Virus record (IMG/VR): IMGVR_UViG_3300028735_000003
Span: 62,001 to 126,000 of that record
Length of the DNA: 64,000 nt
Strand: one strand, 5' to 3'
Part shown: positions 27,680 through 37,656 of the stretch, piece after piece
How positions within the stretch are numbered: position 1 is the stretch's first letter
How the letters are laid out: the number at the start of each line of letters is the position of its first letter
Translations under genes and position numbers: made by a program
The notes under the pieces: generated by a model
Seen by the model: the letters and a program-made list of their open reading frames with translations, nothing else
The model's database searches: none
Told to the model about the DNA's origin: nothing

Positions 27680-28030
27680 ATGAAAATCTTTCATGTTTTA
27701 TTATTAGTAGTAACTCTAATTGGTTGTGCAAACTGTAGTCAAGGCGGGAATGAGCCTTATGTTAGGACTCAGCCAGGGGTTGAATATTGCGATGATATGT
27801 GCAATGTATTAAAGGATAAAGATTGCAAAGGTTATTATGAAGATATTATAATAAACTGCAATGATGATCCTATTTACTTTAAAACAATGAATTGTGATAT
27901 AAACGGGGTGGTCATACTAACTTGCACTCAATTTTGTGAATATGAGATGCGCAATTCTGTTCAATTAAATCCTAAATGTATAGCCGACAATTTAGTTACT
28001 TGTGATGAAATAGAAGATATTTGTAAATAA
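27680..28030 (+). CDS. Cys-rich lipoprotein
   Basis: Lipobox LIGC, many Cys; AGGAG RBS; co-oriented with the protease. Confidence 0.7.
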   Translation: MKIFHVLLLVVTLIGCANCSQGGNEPYVRTQPGVEYCDDMCNVLKDKDCKGYYEDIIINCNDDPIYFKTMNCDINGVVILTCTQFCEYEMRNSVQLNPKCIADNLVTCDEIEDICK

Positions 28031-28031
28031 T

Positions 28032-28420
28032 CAAGAAAACACTACAAGCATTTAATTTTGTCCAATTTTTATCTTGAAAAGATAAATTAACTAAACCATC
28101 TGTTGACATAATTATAACAAATTGTAGAGTTTGATTTTATCAAATACCGATTGTTGTTTGTCGTTGGAGAAAAGCATCAAATGTTTACGTTGTGATAATT
28201 TTTGCAATTTATATATAATAGTTTTATTTTGTTATAATTTATATAAATTTTGTGTAGCAAAGATATAATAGTTTCTATTTAATTTACGATATACGTAGAA
28301 TAGTTTATTTGAATGTAGAATCTAATTCTTGTACATATTCTTTACGATCTTGACAAAGTCAAAGATTTTTATTAACAGGTAGCATTTCTCTATTGTAGAT
28401 TAGGCGCTTAAAGTTCATTT
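28032..28420 (-). pseudogene. decayed member(s) of the C-terminal-tail family
   Basis: Frameshifted tail KLDKIK/MLVVFS at about 28032-28075; scattered stops. Confidence 0.4.
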
Positions 28421-28578
28421 ATTTGAGTTTTTCTTATAATAGACTTATTTAAAGTTACCTTTATACACATATCTAAAGTCAGACATCATTGTTAGCATTA
28501 CTTATTTTCATTATCAATTTGAAAATCGTTCAAATTTATAGGAAGACATCTTTAGGCAAGAACTAAATATCGTAACAA

Positions 28579-28998
28579 TCACAAAAACGTTGCCAATGTT
28601 TTAATTTTGTTCAATGTATTTATAAGATAGGGATAATCAAGCGCAATCAATCTATTATTTAATACTACTTTTTCTGGTATTAAATAATCTTTTTCATATT
28701 TATTTTTAGTAAAATATACGATAGTTGTATTACGCATCACATAGTTTACATATATTTCATATCCTAAAACTGGAAGATCTACTTTTTCAAATAATTTCTC
28801 ATTAGATAATGATGATATTTGTGAGAATAAATGAGTTGGAGGATTTTCAAATTTAATTTGGTTAGTATCATAATGATTACATACAGACTCTATAAATGAA
28901 AATGAATGTTTATTAAGTATTTGGCATTTATCATTAAAAAAATACTTATATCTCATATCTTTGCCACAGACAGGGCATTTATCATAAGATTTAAACAT
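28579..28998 (-). CDS. CPxC family protein with conserved C-terminal tail
   Basis: CPVCG...LNKIKTLATFL. Confidence 0.75.
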   Translation of the reverse strand: MFKSYDKCPVCGKDMRYKYFFNDKCQILNKHSFSFIESVCNHYDTNQIKFENPPTHLFSQISSLSNEKLFEKVDLPVLGYEIYVNYVMRNTTIVYFTKNKYEKDYLIPEKVVLNNRLIALDYPYLINTLNKIKTLATFL

Positions 28999-29080
28999 TA
29001 AATAAACTCAATTTATAAATGATTTTGTACTTTTATTTTGATAAAATGATACACAATGTGTGATAATAAATGATATTTAA

Positions 29081-29464
29081 TCATAAAAACGTAGCATATA
29101 TCTTAATTTTCCTGATTAATTTATCAAAATTTGATATATCTGGATCAAACCAAGGCACAGTATTATAAAATAATTTACTATATGGAATTCCAGTAGTAAT
29201 TACACCAGCATTTTTTCCTTTTATGATAATAGGCTTATTAAGATATATGGTTTTAGTATTAAAATCCCAACGTATTTCTTTAGTGCTAGAGTCATTATAT
29301 GACATAATGAGCACTTTATCTATATTAGAATCATATTGAATAGTAAATCTGTGACTAGGGTATTTATTACAAATTTTTACGTCGTACAAACTTTTATTGT
29401 TAAAAAGACCGAAATCATTTAAAAGTATATCTCCGCATTTAGGGCATTTTGATGGTATTATCAT
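29081..29464 (-). CDS. CPxC family protein with conserved C-terminal tail
   Basis: CPKCG...IRKIKIYATFL. Confidence 0.75.
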   Translation of the reverse strand: MIIPSKCPKCGDILLNDFGLFNNKSLYDVKICNKYPSHRFTIQYDSNIDKVLIMSYNDSSTKEIRWDFNTKTIYLNKPIIIKGKNAGVITTGIPYSKLFYNTVPWFDPDISNFDKLIRKIKIYATFL

Positions 29465-29526
29465 AATATTTATTAGTAACTTGATATAATATATATTGAT
29501 TTTATAGCTACTTTAATTACATTTAA

Positions 29527-29892
29527 TCATAAGAATGTTATAAACAAAGACACTTTAGATTTTAGATTTTTTAAATCTGGGAAATCGGGATCTATTATTT
29601 TAGATACGTCTATTTTTGACATCTGTTTGTTATTTTTGTAACAAACAATTTGACTTTTCGTATTATAATAATCTAAAAATATAAATATATCATATTTACT
29701 GGTGAGAGACATTTTCAACAAATCAACTTGTTTAGTTTTTTCATCTACGAAAATTTGAAGGCAGTGATTTAAGCCCGCACAAGTTCTTTCTATATAATCT
29801 GATGTCTTATCAACAAATGTTATTAATCTGTTTTTTAATTTATTTGATCGCATTAAATCGCCACAAATAGGGCAATACTTAGTGTCTTGCAT
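29527..29892 (-). CDS. CPxC family protein with conserved C-terminal tail
   Basis: CPICG...KSKVSLFITFL. Confidence 0.75.
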   Translation of the reverse strand: MQDTKYCPICGDLMRSNKLKNRLITFVDKTSDYIERTCAGLNHCLQIFVDEKTKQVDLLKMSLTSKYDIFIFLDYYNTKSQIVCYKNNKQMSKIDVSKIIDPDFPDLKNLKSKVSLFITFL

Positions 29893-29920
29893 ACATAGCT
29901 ATATAACTCGAAGTTTACTC

Positions 29921-29990
29921 GTCAATTACCACAAGCACAAGGCTAGTAGCTTACCCATGGATAAACCTAGATATTCGGCTGATTGACACG
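29921..29990 (-). mobile_element. IS200/IS605 right-end (omegaRNA-like) remnant
   Basis: Minus strand GTCAATCAGCCG...degenerate hairpin...TAATTGAC, matching the 3' end of the 48.3-48.7 kb element. Confidence 0.55.
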
Positions 29991-30103
29991 CAATAAAGGA
30001 AAAGTTAAAAAAACTTTTATGTAAAGCTTGCATCATATCTGAATATCAGATAAATCTATATTTTATTGGCATAAAGTTGTATAGATAAATAAAGGAACTT
30101 TTT

Positions 30104-30454
30104 ATGAGCCACGACTCAACTAATTTATTAGATTTAGTAACTGCATTTGAAAAACGTGCTGAGTTAGCCTTGTTTAAAATTTCTGAAAACAAGAGAGATC
30201 CTAAAGCAAAGGTTAGAAATCGTGGAATAGTTTGTGTTCCTGCTGAAAGAGCAAAAGATAACAAAGATCATTTCCCAATTAATAATATTGATCAAGCAAG
30301 GAACGCCATTGCTAGAGTTAATCAATATAGCAAGGTACCAGATTGGTACAAAGGATCACTTCAGTCATTGGTTAATCTTGTAATACGCAAGGTACATTCG
30401 AAGTATCCATCAATTGAGATTTCTAAAGATGCCAAAAAACCTGGCAAAAATTAA
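30104..30454 (+). CDS. conserved phage hypothetical protein
   Basis: HFPINNIDQARNAIARVNQ motif; AAGGA upstream. Confidence 0.7.
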   Translation: MSHDSTNLLDLVTAFEKRAELALFKISENKRDPKAKVRNRGIVCVPAERAKDNKDHFPINNIDQARNAIARVNQYSKVPDWYKGSLQSLVNLVIRKVHSKYPSIEISKDAKKPGKN

Positions 30455-30460
30455 TTGTTG

Positions 30461-30544
30461 TGCTAAGGAGAGGGCTTGATCACTACACCATTACAGGTAT
30501 TAGTTTCTTAGGCTAGCGCGGCTGCCAGTTTCGCCACGATATCA
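30461..30544 (-). pseudogene. tRNA-Leu remnant (apparent anticodon AAG)
   Basis: Leu-type D arm GCGAAACTGGCAGCCGC, loop CTAAGAA, long variable region; degenerate T arm and unpaired acceptor. Confidence 0.55.
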
Positions 30545-30560
30545 TATTAAATTGTCATAG

Positions 30561-30644
30561 TGCTTAAGAGTGGATTCGAACCACTACGTCCTTTCGAGCA
30601 TAAGTTTTTAAGACTTCCCTGGCTACCAATTACAGCATTACTCC
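30561..30644 (-). pseudogene. tRNA-Leu(TAA) with non-pairing 5' acceptor strand
   Basis: D arm CTG...CAG, loop CTTAAAA, variable arm, T arm AGTGG-TTCGAAT-CCACT; 5' GGAGTAA does not pair with 3' CTTAAGC. Confidence 0.75.
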
Positions 30645-30893
30645 TGGTTAAATCTAGAGTCTGATATACTGGCGCGTGTGCAACCATTACGTCTACATAA
30701 TTTGTATTTATCTCTTTAACCATCCTATCAACTTTAGCCTCCATTTCTGGAAGCTCTCTTTCATAATTCCACATTATATTTATTATCCAAATCCAAAGAA
30801 TCTGCAAGTGGATGGTATAGTAGTGCGTCTGCTGTAGATCCATCAGAAAGATTCACAGTAATTGGTGAACGCCCATATCCACGTGGCTCAATA

Positions 30894-31145
30894 TCATTCA
30901 ACCACATGCGTATCATTTGATTGAGCAATTCCAAATTCATAAACTTTAACCACGGACGGGCTATCTGTCTGTTGAAAATATGACAATATCTTACTAAATC
31001 TCTTAAAGAAAGTTGGATCTGGTTCGTGAGTTACTTTTAAGATTTTATTTGGTTTATCTTCTAGTTCACATAACCATCCGCTTCTGCCTCTTATTGGCTT
31101 ACCAAGTTTAAACAAACTCCACATAGCGGTTCGTGCCGTGCTCAT
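30894..31145 (-). pseudogene. truncated kinase-like fragment
   Basis: GRSGW...KILKVT...SPSVVKVYEFG then stop. Confidence 0.45.
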
Positions 31146-31513
31146 ACCAACAATGTATGTCGTAAAAACTGTCGCGCAAGGACGGACATTTTTTAAAAAT
31201 CATGGATCTTGGTCTTCGATAATCATTCGCACACCTTGATAGATTCCTCGATTACAAAAAGTAAACTCTCCTTGCAATTTATGACAATCAATAAGTCGTT
31301 TCCCCTTCATCACATCCTCGAAATCAGACAGAAACATAGAATATTTGCGCCAGTGTTTAGTGACCTAAACAAAAATGAGCAGACCACTTTGTAGGATAAC
31401 ATCTAACAAACTAAAATGTATCAAAAAAAAAACATACAAATCATTCACTAGTACAAGACTGATGATTTTCTTGGTATAAAATCATTTTCCAAACCATTTA
31501 TTGTGAAGTTTTC

Positions 31514-32071
31514 CTATGAGAAAATAACATAAGTACTTAGCTTATTAATTAACCTTTCTCTGGTTTTAAATTTATAAAGAGGCAAAAGTGGAAGATCTAA
31601 CTTGATTATGTTATCAGCTTTACTGTTCCATACATTTACTTCTGTTTTATTTTCATCATACTCTGTCATAAGACTATAAATTCTATCACTATCATATACA
31701 GATAATATTTCGCGTTTAATAGTTAAGGCTTTTACATATCCATTTGAATTAAATTCCATGTTATTTGTTAGTATGTAGTTTCTACATTCGCTACAATTGC
31801 TGGTAAACACAAGATTTTTAGTCTCAAGATACGTTGAAAATTTTTTTTGATCTGACACTATGAATTTATTAGTTTCTATATAAATCCTTAATGCCAAAGT
31901 AAAAGAATACGTTATCTTTAAAGTAGCATCTAACACTCCATGATTTATAACTTGCTGAATATTTCTTATTTCATTATTTTCTAAGCAACAAATCTTAGCG
32001 GTTGTCTTTTCACCGCAGGAAAAACACGGTCCATTATATAGCATAAAGTCTTTGACTGTAAATCTTTTCAT
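31514..32071 (-). CDS. CxxC family protein with conserved C-terminal tail
   Basis: CFSCG, CSEC...INKLSTYVIFS. Confidence 0.75.
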   Translation of the reverse strand: MKRFTVKDFMLYNGPCFSCGEKTTAKICCLENNEIRNIQQVINHGVLDATLKITYSFTLALRIYIETNKFIVSDQKKFSTYLETKNLVFTSNCSECRNYILTNNMEFNSNGYVKALTIKREILSVYDSDRIYSLMTEYDENKTEVNVWNSKADNIIKLDLPLLPLYKFKTRERLINKLSTYVIFS

Positions 32072-32133
32072 TAACTTATAATTATCATTATATTATCGCG
32101 AGATGTTTTCTATAGCTAAAGCAAATTTAGATC

Positions 32134-33225
32134 TTATGATTTCGCGAAATATCTTAAATACGCCAAAATAAACTCTTGTATATCACCATCTAAAACACGA
32201 TTACAGTTGTTATGTTCAAAATCAGTTCTATGATCTTTTACTAATGAATAAGGTGAAAGAGTATAAGTTCTAATCTGGCTACCAAATTTGGCATCCATTT
32301 GAGACTCGATGAACTTATCTTTTTCAGATTGTCTTTTCTTCTTTTCGATATCATATAATTTTGATTTTAACATCTTCAGCGCAGTTTTCTTATTAGAAAG
32401 TTGATCGCGCTCGGTTCTAACCAATATATTAATGCCTGTAGGTAAATGTTTTAATCTAATTGCGCTAGCAACCTTGTTTACATTTTGACCGCCAGAGCCG
32501 GAAGATGTTTGTGCGGTGATTTCAATATCTTTATCTTCTATTTTAATATCGATAGTATCTTCGATATCTGGTGTAACAGATACTGCTGCAAAGGAAGTAT
32601 GACGGGCATCTCCTGCATTAAAAGGAGAATTACGGATTAAACGATGAACTCCATTTTCTCCTTTAAGGAAGCCATAAGCATATGGACCATCTATTCTATA
32701 AGATACGGAATCTGTACAAATAGAACTATGTTCTTCTGACGGTTTATTATCTAATATTTCCACTTTAAAATTATAAGCATCTGCCCAACGCAAGTACATT
32801 CTGGACATCATTGTAACCCAATTAGCGGCTTCTAGACCGCCAGCGCCCGCATTAATTGTCAGTATAGCCGGGCTATTAGCCATTGGATCTGTCATCATTT
32901 GACGAAACTCTAAGGCTAACAATTCATCATAAATCTTTGCAATATGCTCTTGTTGTTCCGGCAATTCTTCTGGGAGTTCTTTTGCAATTTCTGAATAGAA
33001 ATCGATGTCATCAGACATTTACTGTATTTTTGTGACGAAATCAGTTAGGCGCTGGCGTTCTTTCATAAGGGCGCCAGCTTTCTTTGCATCACTCCAAATA
33101 TTATTATTTGATATCTGTAAATCAATTTCGTCGATTCTAGCTCTATATTTACTAAAATCGGTCATACTATTTATAGACTTTATCTTCTCAACACAGTATG
33201 CAATTAATTGTTGTGCTGTTTCCAT
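32134..33225 (-). CDS. prfB: peptide chain release factor 2, interrupted by an in-frame TAA at codon 69 (33019-33021)
   Basis: SPF anticodon mimic (LIRNSPF), GGQ (SGSGGQNVNK); N-terminal 68 aa (IWSDAKKAGALMKER) in the same frame; junction CAG TAA ATG. Confidence 0.9.
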
Positions 33226-33406
33226 TGGTTTATAACTTTGGTTATAGGTTATAATTAAAACTTATTAATATAGGTGCAGATCTATAGCATTATAAAGACA
33301 TTTCCAAAACCAATGATGGAAGATATTATTATGATTATTGTTACCAAACACATAAATACTATCTAATGACATTGGCACTTATATAATAAGCTTTACAGTT
33401 TAAAAA

Positions 33407-34093
33407 TTAAGACATCAAGACCCAGTTATCTAGACGTGAAAACAATTTATCTCTATATTGAATATCAAAATTTGGTCTTATATTCAGTTTAGGTAATACT
33501 TTCTCAAAAATTTTAGGTCTAAATTTTTTATCTTTTGCTTCTTTATCAGTACGTGTGTAGTAAAGTAATACGGTCTCTTCATTTTCGTAGTCTATATTAA
33601 CCATATAAATCTTTTCTACGTCATTAACTTTTCTTGATAAAGAAAACGCCTCATTAGTGTTTACTATTTTTGAATTCGTTCTACTTAAATGGTTTGTAAT
33701 TATTACATTTTTATCATCCATGTATAGATCAAATATGGGAGAACATCTATAATAACAGCCGCGATATAGATCTATATACCAATTTTTACCAATAAACCCC
33801 TTATCGTTGCAAAGATAGAATAAATATATTTGTTTCTGTAAGGCTTTTTGTTTTAAAGATTGAGAGCTGAATCTTATATCTATTTTGCTATCACCGAATT
33901 CGATATCGATATATGACCCTGCGAAATCAGGGTCTTCTGATTTAAACGGTTCAAAACTATAAACTTTATTTTTTGCGTTAAAAATAGTAATACCTTTAAA
34001 ACACATAGAATCTATCATTTGTAGATATAGAGTCAAATGTTCGCCACAAATCGGACATTTTGAATTAAAATCCAAGAAATTATTAAAATTCAT
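33407..34093 (-). CDS. CPxC family protein with conserved C-terminal tail
   Basis: CPICG...FSRLDNWVLMS. Confidence 0.75.
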   Translation of the reverse strand: MNFNNFLDFNSKCPICGEHLTLYLQMIDSMCFKGITIFNAKNKVYSFEPFKSEDPDFAGSYIDIEFGDSKIDIRFSSQSLKQKALQKQIYLFYLCNDKGFIGKNWYIDLYRGCYYRCSPIFDLYMDDKNVIITNHLSRTNSKIVNTNEAFSLSRKVNDVEKIYMVNIDYENEETVLLYYTRTDKEAKDKKFRPKIFEKVLPKLNIRPNFDIQYRDKLFSRLDNWVLMS

Positions 34094-34154
34094 TTATTTT
34101 ATTATTGCAACTGGCATGGTCTATAATATGTAGATTTTTACTAATTTACCACTA

Positions 34155-34218
34155 GTCAATTATCATCAGCACAAGATTGGTGGCTTATCCTTGGATATCA
34201 ATGATATTTGATTGACTG
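34155..34218 (-). mobile_element. IS200/IS605 right-end remnant
   Basis: Minus strand GTCAATCAAATATC...AAGCCACCAATCTTGTGCTGATGATAATTGAC. Confidence 0.5.
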
Positions 34219-34321
34219 TTTGTTCTACATTATTCTTCTTAGTAGTTTATCATAAAAATAAAGAACTGATGAGAAACTTTCTGTAACTTGTTCTTTCTTT
34301 TCTAAATTTATATAATTATTA

Positions 34322-34960
34322 TTAGCTGAAAATAACTAGAGTAGATACTCTTGTTTTTAACTTATCTTTATCAAAATCTGAGAAATTTATAAATGGTATT
34401 ACCAATGGTTCACTTTCATAATTATTGATTGGGACTATTCTTGTTACATTATAAATCCAATCACTTTGTACCAAATATCTATCAATAGTAACTGATTCAA
34501 AATACGCACGGAATGGATATATTCTGGTATTGATGCTAAAATTTTTATATTCTCCAGATTGTTTTAGTGACTTTTCGCACGTTAAGAAATCTGAATTTAT
34601 AGAATAAAATGTTTTACAGTTTTTATTAGTACATCTAGATGAAATATGTGGTTTGAACTGCTCAAATATTCTTAATGTTTCGTTATATTCGGCATTATTG
34701 GTTTTATTTGGATGAAATGATATTTCATTAGTTTGTATATCTATAGAGCCCACAGAATCAACAGAAGTAGATATGGATGTGTACTTTATATTAAAGACCA
34801 AATGATTATCTGTCAGCTTAGAATTTATTAAAGATGAAATGCCTGAATAATCTAATATAACATAATTTGTAAGTCTAGATTTTAGCGGCTCTCCACAAAA
34901 AATGCATTGTGTCCTGAATGATATAAAATCAGATATATTTTCGAACTTTTTCTGAATCAC
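34322..34960 (-). CDS. CxxC family protein with conserved C-terminal tail
   Basis: CIFCG...KTRVSTLVIFS. Confidence 0.75.
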   Translation of the reverse strand: MIQKKFENISDFISFRTQCIFCGEPLKSRLTNYVILDYSGISSLINSKLTDNHLVFNIKYTSISTSVDSVGSIDIQTNEISFHPNKTNNAEYNETLRIFEQFKPHISSRCTNKNCKTFYSINSDFLTCEKSLKQSGEYKNFSINTRIYPFRAYFESVTIDRYLVQSDWIYNVTRIVPINNYESEPLVIPFINFSDFDKDKLKTRVSTLVIFS

Positions 34961-35601
34961 GAAAATACCAAAAGTTTCTTAATTCTATTTAACATATCAT
35001 ATGGATCTGAAACGTCATTAGATATCAATGGTAAACTTATCGTTTTAAATCCAGTATTTTTTTTAGTATTGTTTATTGGTGTATACTCTGTTTTGTCTAT
35101 TGTATATACATTACGTATTTCATATACATTATTTTTATCATGTTCCAACGTAATTAATTCAGAATTCAAAATTGCTTCATCTATGCGTCTTTCATTTATA
35201 TTAATCTTTAGCATTAGCGTATAAGAATACCTGTAACAATACATACAATCAATTGAGTGATCACACAACATTATCCCATTATACAAAGTATATTGTGGTT
35301 GAGTAACTCCAGGAATGAAAGCAAAAGGTATTTGCTTAAATCCGTATACAAAAGTATTGTTCATAGGTCGAGTAATAGAAAACTCTATAATAGTATTAGA
35401 GTCTATATTAAATACTAATCTGTCGCCATTATACAGATCTACTTTAATATTTCTTATTTTGCTATCAGAAAGAGGTAAAGAATGTGAATGATCATTTTGT
35501 ATATTCCAACAAAACAGAGATTCTGACATAGAATGTCCACATATCGGACAAACTTCACGATATGGATATGCATCACTTAATTTAGTAAAGATTTTCAGCA
35601 C
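34957..35601 (-). CDS. CPxC family protein with conserved C-terminal tail
   Basis: CPICG...LNRIKKLLVFS. Confidence 0.75.
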   Translation of the reverse strand: MLKIFTKLSDAYPYREVCPICGHSMSESLFCWNIQNDHSHSLPLSDSKIRNIKVDLYNGDRLVFNIDSNTIIEFSITRPMNNTFVYGFKQIPFAFIPGVTQPQYTLYNGIMLCDHSIDCMYCYRYSYTLMLKININERRIDEAILNSELITLEHDKNNVYEIRNVYTIDKTEYTPINNTKKNTGFKTISLPLISNDVSDPYDMLNRIKKLLVFS

Positions 35602-35604
35602 AAA

Positions 35605-36258
35605 TTATGACTCGTAATATTCTTCAAATACTTCTTTTGTTAATCCGGAATCAATCAAAATTGGTCTGCCATCTTTAGTTCCCCATGAAGAAATCCTAGC
35701 CATATCTCCTGGCATAAGATTAAATTTTTTACCAATTTCAACTAACTCTTTGTATATATCGCTATTAGATATAGCGTCAAAATTATCTGGTTTCTTTCGA
35801 TATTTATGTTTTGAAACCGATTTTAGCCCAAATTTAACCGACTCACCAAAATCATTGAAATCTAATCCAGTCATTTTCTTGAATTGTTTTTCAGTTATCT
35901 TCTCAAGATATGCGACCTCAATCCAAGCATAATTCTGTGCCTTACGAATTACATTATTTAAATACTTGGATTTCATTTTAGAATTTGCTTCTACTTTATT
36001 TTGCGCAATTCCTTTATCATTCTTAGCTAATTTAAGTACTGTTTTGTTCGGAGTCAAGTACACGATTCTGCTCGATCCAGACGATAAATGTTTTAGATTT
36101 TTCTCGGCATACTTCTTTCGTGCGCTATATGTATCTAATTTTTGAAGATTTTTCAAAATTACATCGGTATTTTCTGAGTTTTCAGGCAATTCTTCCTTCT
36201 CTGCGGTCGCCAATGACTCATATATGCTAGCAAATCTAAGTATTTTATTAGCGTTCAT
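35605..36258 (-). CDS. atypical protein-kinase-like protein
   Basis: SSGSSRIVY loop, VLKLAK, AQNKVE, DMARISSWG, ILIDSG. Confidence 0.65.
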   Translation of the reverse strand: MNANKILRFASIYESLATAEKEELPENSENTDVILKNLQKLDTYSARKKYAEKNLKHLSSGSSRIVYLTPNKTVLKLAKNDKGIAQNKVEANSKMKSKYLNNVIRKAQNYAWIEVAYLEKITEKQFKKMTGLDFNDFGESVKFGLKSVSKHKYRKKPDNFDAISNSDIYKELVEIGKKFNLMPGDMARISSWGTKDGRPILIDSGLTKEVFEEYYES

Positions 36259-36498
36259 GTAATAAATACTTTGTTAGTAATATTTCAGAAGATATATCAT
36301 ATTCTATGATAACAAAAGAAGATTATCTAAAATTGATACAGGAAGTGTTTGCATCAGAAAATGAAGATGATCTAGGTATAGATTCCGAAACATCCACAAA
36401 TGTCGAGCTAATTAACAAAAATAAAATAGATGCAGGATTAACATGATGCTATTTTAAAAGTTATAAGAACAAATAAAAAGATAATTATAGGCGAGTTT

Positions 36499-36798
36499 AT
36501 GGTTATAACGAAATCTATTTCCAGTCATATAAATGAAAATGTATATCAAGACTCTTCTACTAATGATATTAATAACTCAACAATATATACAATTATAGTA
36601 TATGAACATAAAACCAAAACATTAACAGGTATACCTTGTAATATTCAGGTAAAAGTAGATTTATCAAAAGATATAAGATTCGCTAATAAAGATTGGATAA
36701 AATGTTTCAATCGTTTTGCAGGAAAATTAAGTGAAAAAGAGTTCGTAGAGTTATTAAAATGGATGCAAGCAATTACAAAATTATCAGCATTCATCTAA
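36499..36798 (+). CDS. hypothetical protein
   Basis: 99 aa, ends QAITKLSAFI. Confidence 0.6.
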   Translation: MVITKSISSHINENVYQDSSTNDINNSTIYTIIVYEHKTKTLTGIPCNIQVKVDLSKDIRFANKDWIKCFNRFAGKLSEKEFVELLKWMQAITKLSAFI

Positions 36799-37457
36799 TA
36801 GAACGTCAATAATTTGTTTATTCTTGCTATGGTCTCAGATTTAGAGACAAATTTTATTAGACTTGTTTCTATAGTATTAAAGTTAGGAATGTATACAGAA
36901 GTTTTTATGTCATCCTTATATCTTTCTGTTCCGAAATTCAATATACTCTTATTAGTAATATAATTATTTACTAACTTAAATAGTCTATATCCATCATATC
37001 CATCAGTAATATGTGTTGATAAATCAAATGATTCTGAACTTATTGTTAAATCTGGTAATTTTAATGGTTCTGTCAGATTTATTTTGAAATAATTAGATGA
37101 GTACTGATATGATTTGCAATGATTACAGAATTTGTATATTTTATACATGCCGGTGTTTGCATTAAAAGATACAAATCTTTTAAGAAGAGACACCGGAATA
37201 TATTCTATTTTTTTGCTGTTTTTTCTATAAAACTCTATAAAAAATGAATTATCATCTAATCCAAATGAATAGCCTACATAATATGATTTTTGATTTTTAT
37301 CTATGGAAGGAATAAATAGACTAATCAATAATCTTCCATCTTCATATCTATGTTTTTGCTGTTTTCGTGAATTAAACGTCATTGACAGAGTGTTATCACA
37401 CAATGGGCACATATTCCTATAAACTAAAAAATCTCTCAAATTCATTACTATTTCCAA
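36795..37457 (-). CDS. CPxC family protein with conserved C-terminal tail
   Basis: CPLCD, CNHC...IARINKLLTFY. Confidence 0.75.
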   Translation of the reverse strand: MEIVMNLRDFLVYRNMCPLCDNTLSMTFNSRKQQKHRYEDGRLLISLFIPSIDKNQKSYYVGYSFGLDDNSFFIEFYRKNSKKIEYIPVSLLKRFVSFNANTGMYKIYKFCNHCKSYQYSSNYFKINLTEPLKLPDLTISSESFDLSTHITDGYDGYRLFKLVNNYITNKSILNFGTERYKDDIKTSVYIPNFNTIETSLIKFVSKSETIARINKLLTFY

Positions 37458-37656
37458 CTATTTACAGTATAAAATAATCACTACAGACAGAAATGCAACC
37501 CTGTTAATTACTTTAATTTATACGCATGCCAGTATAGTATATACTAACTCCCCCTATTATATTCCCCATACGTTTGTCGAGATCCAGTTCGGAATATAAA
37601 TACAAATATAGCGCCAAATCACGAAAATTTGACGCTATATAATGAAGATTATTTAA

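Noticed and set aside
1732-33021. Genome-wide stop-codon reassignment (TAG read as Gln, code 15), suggested by the tnpB amber and a phage RF2
   Set aside because: Coding density is high under code 11, and TAG ends genes at family-conserved C-termini (31514 VIFS*, 11518, 5822); the prfB interruption is TAA, not TAG.
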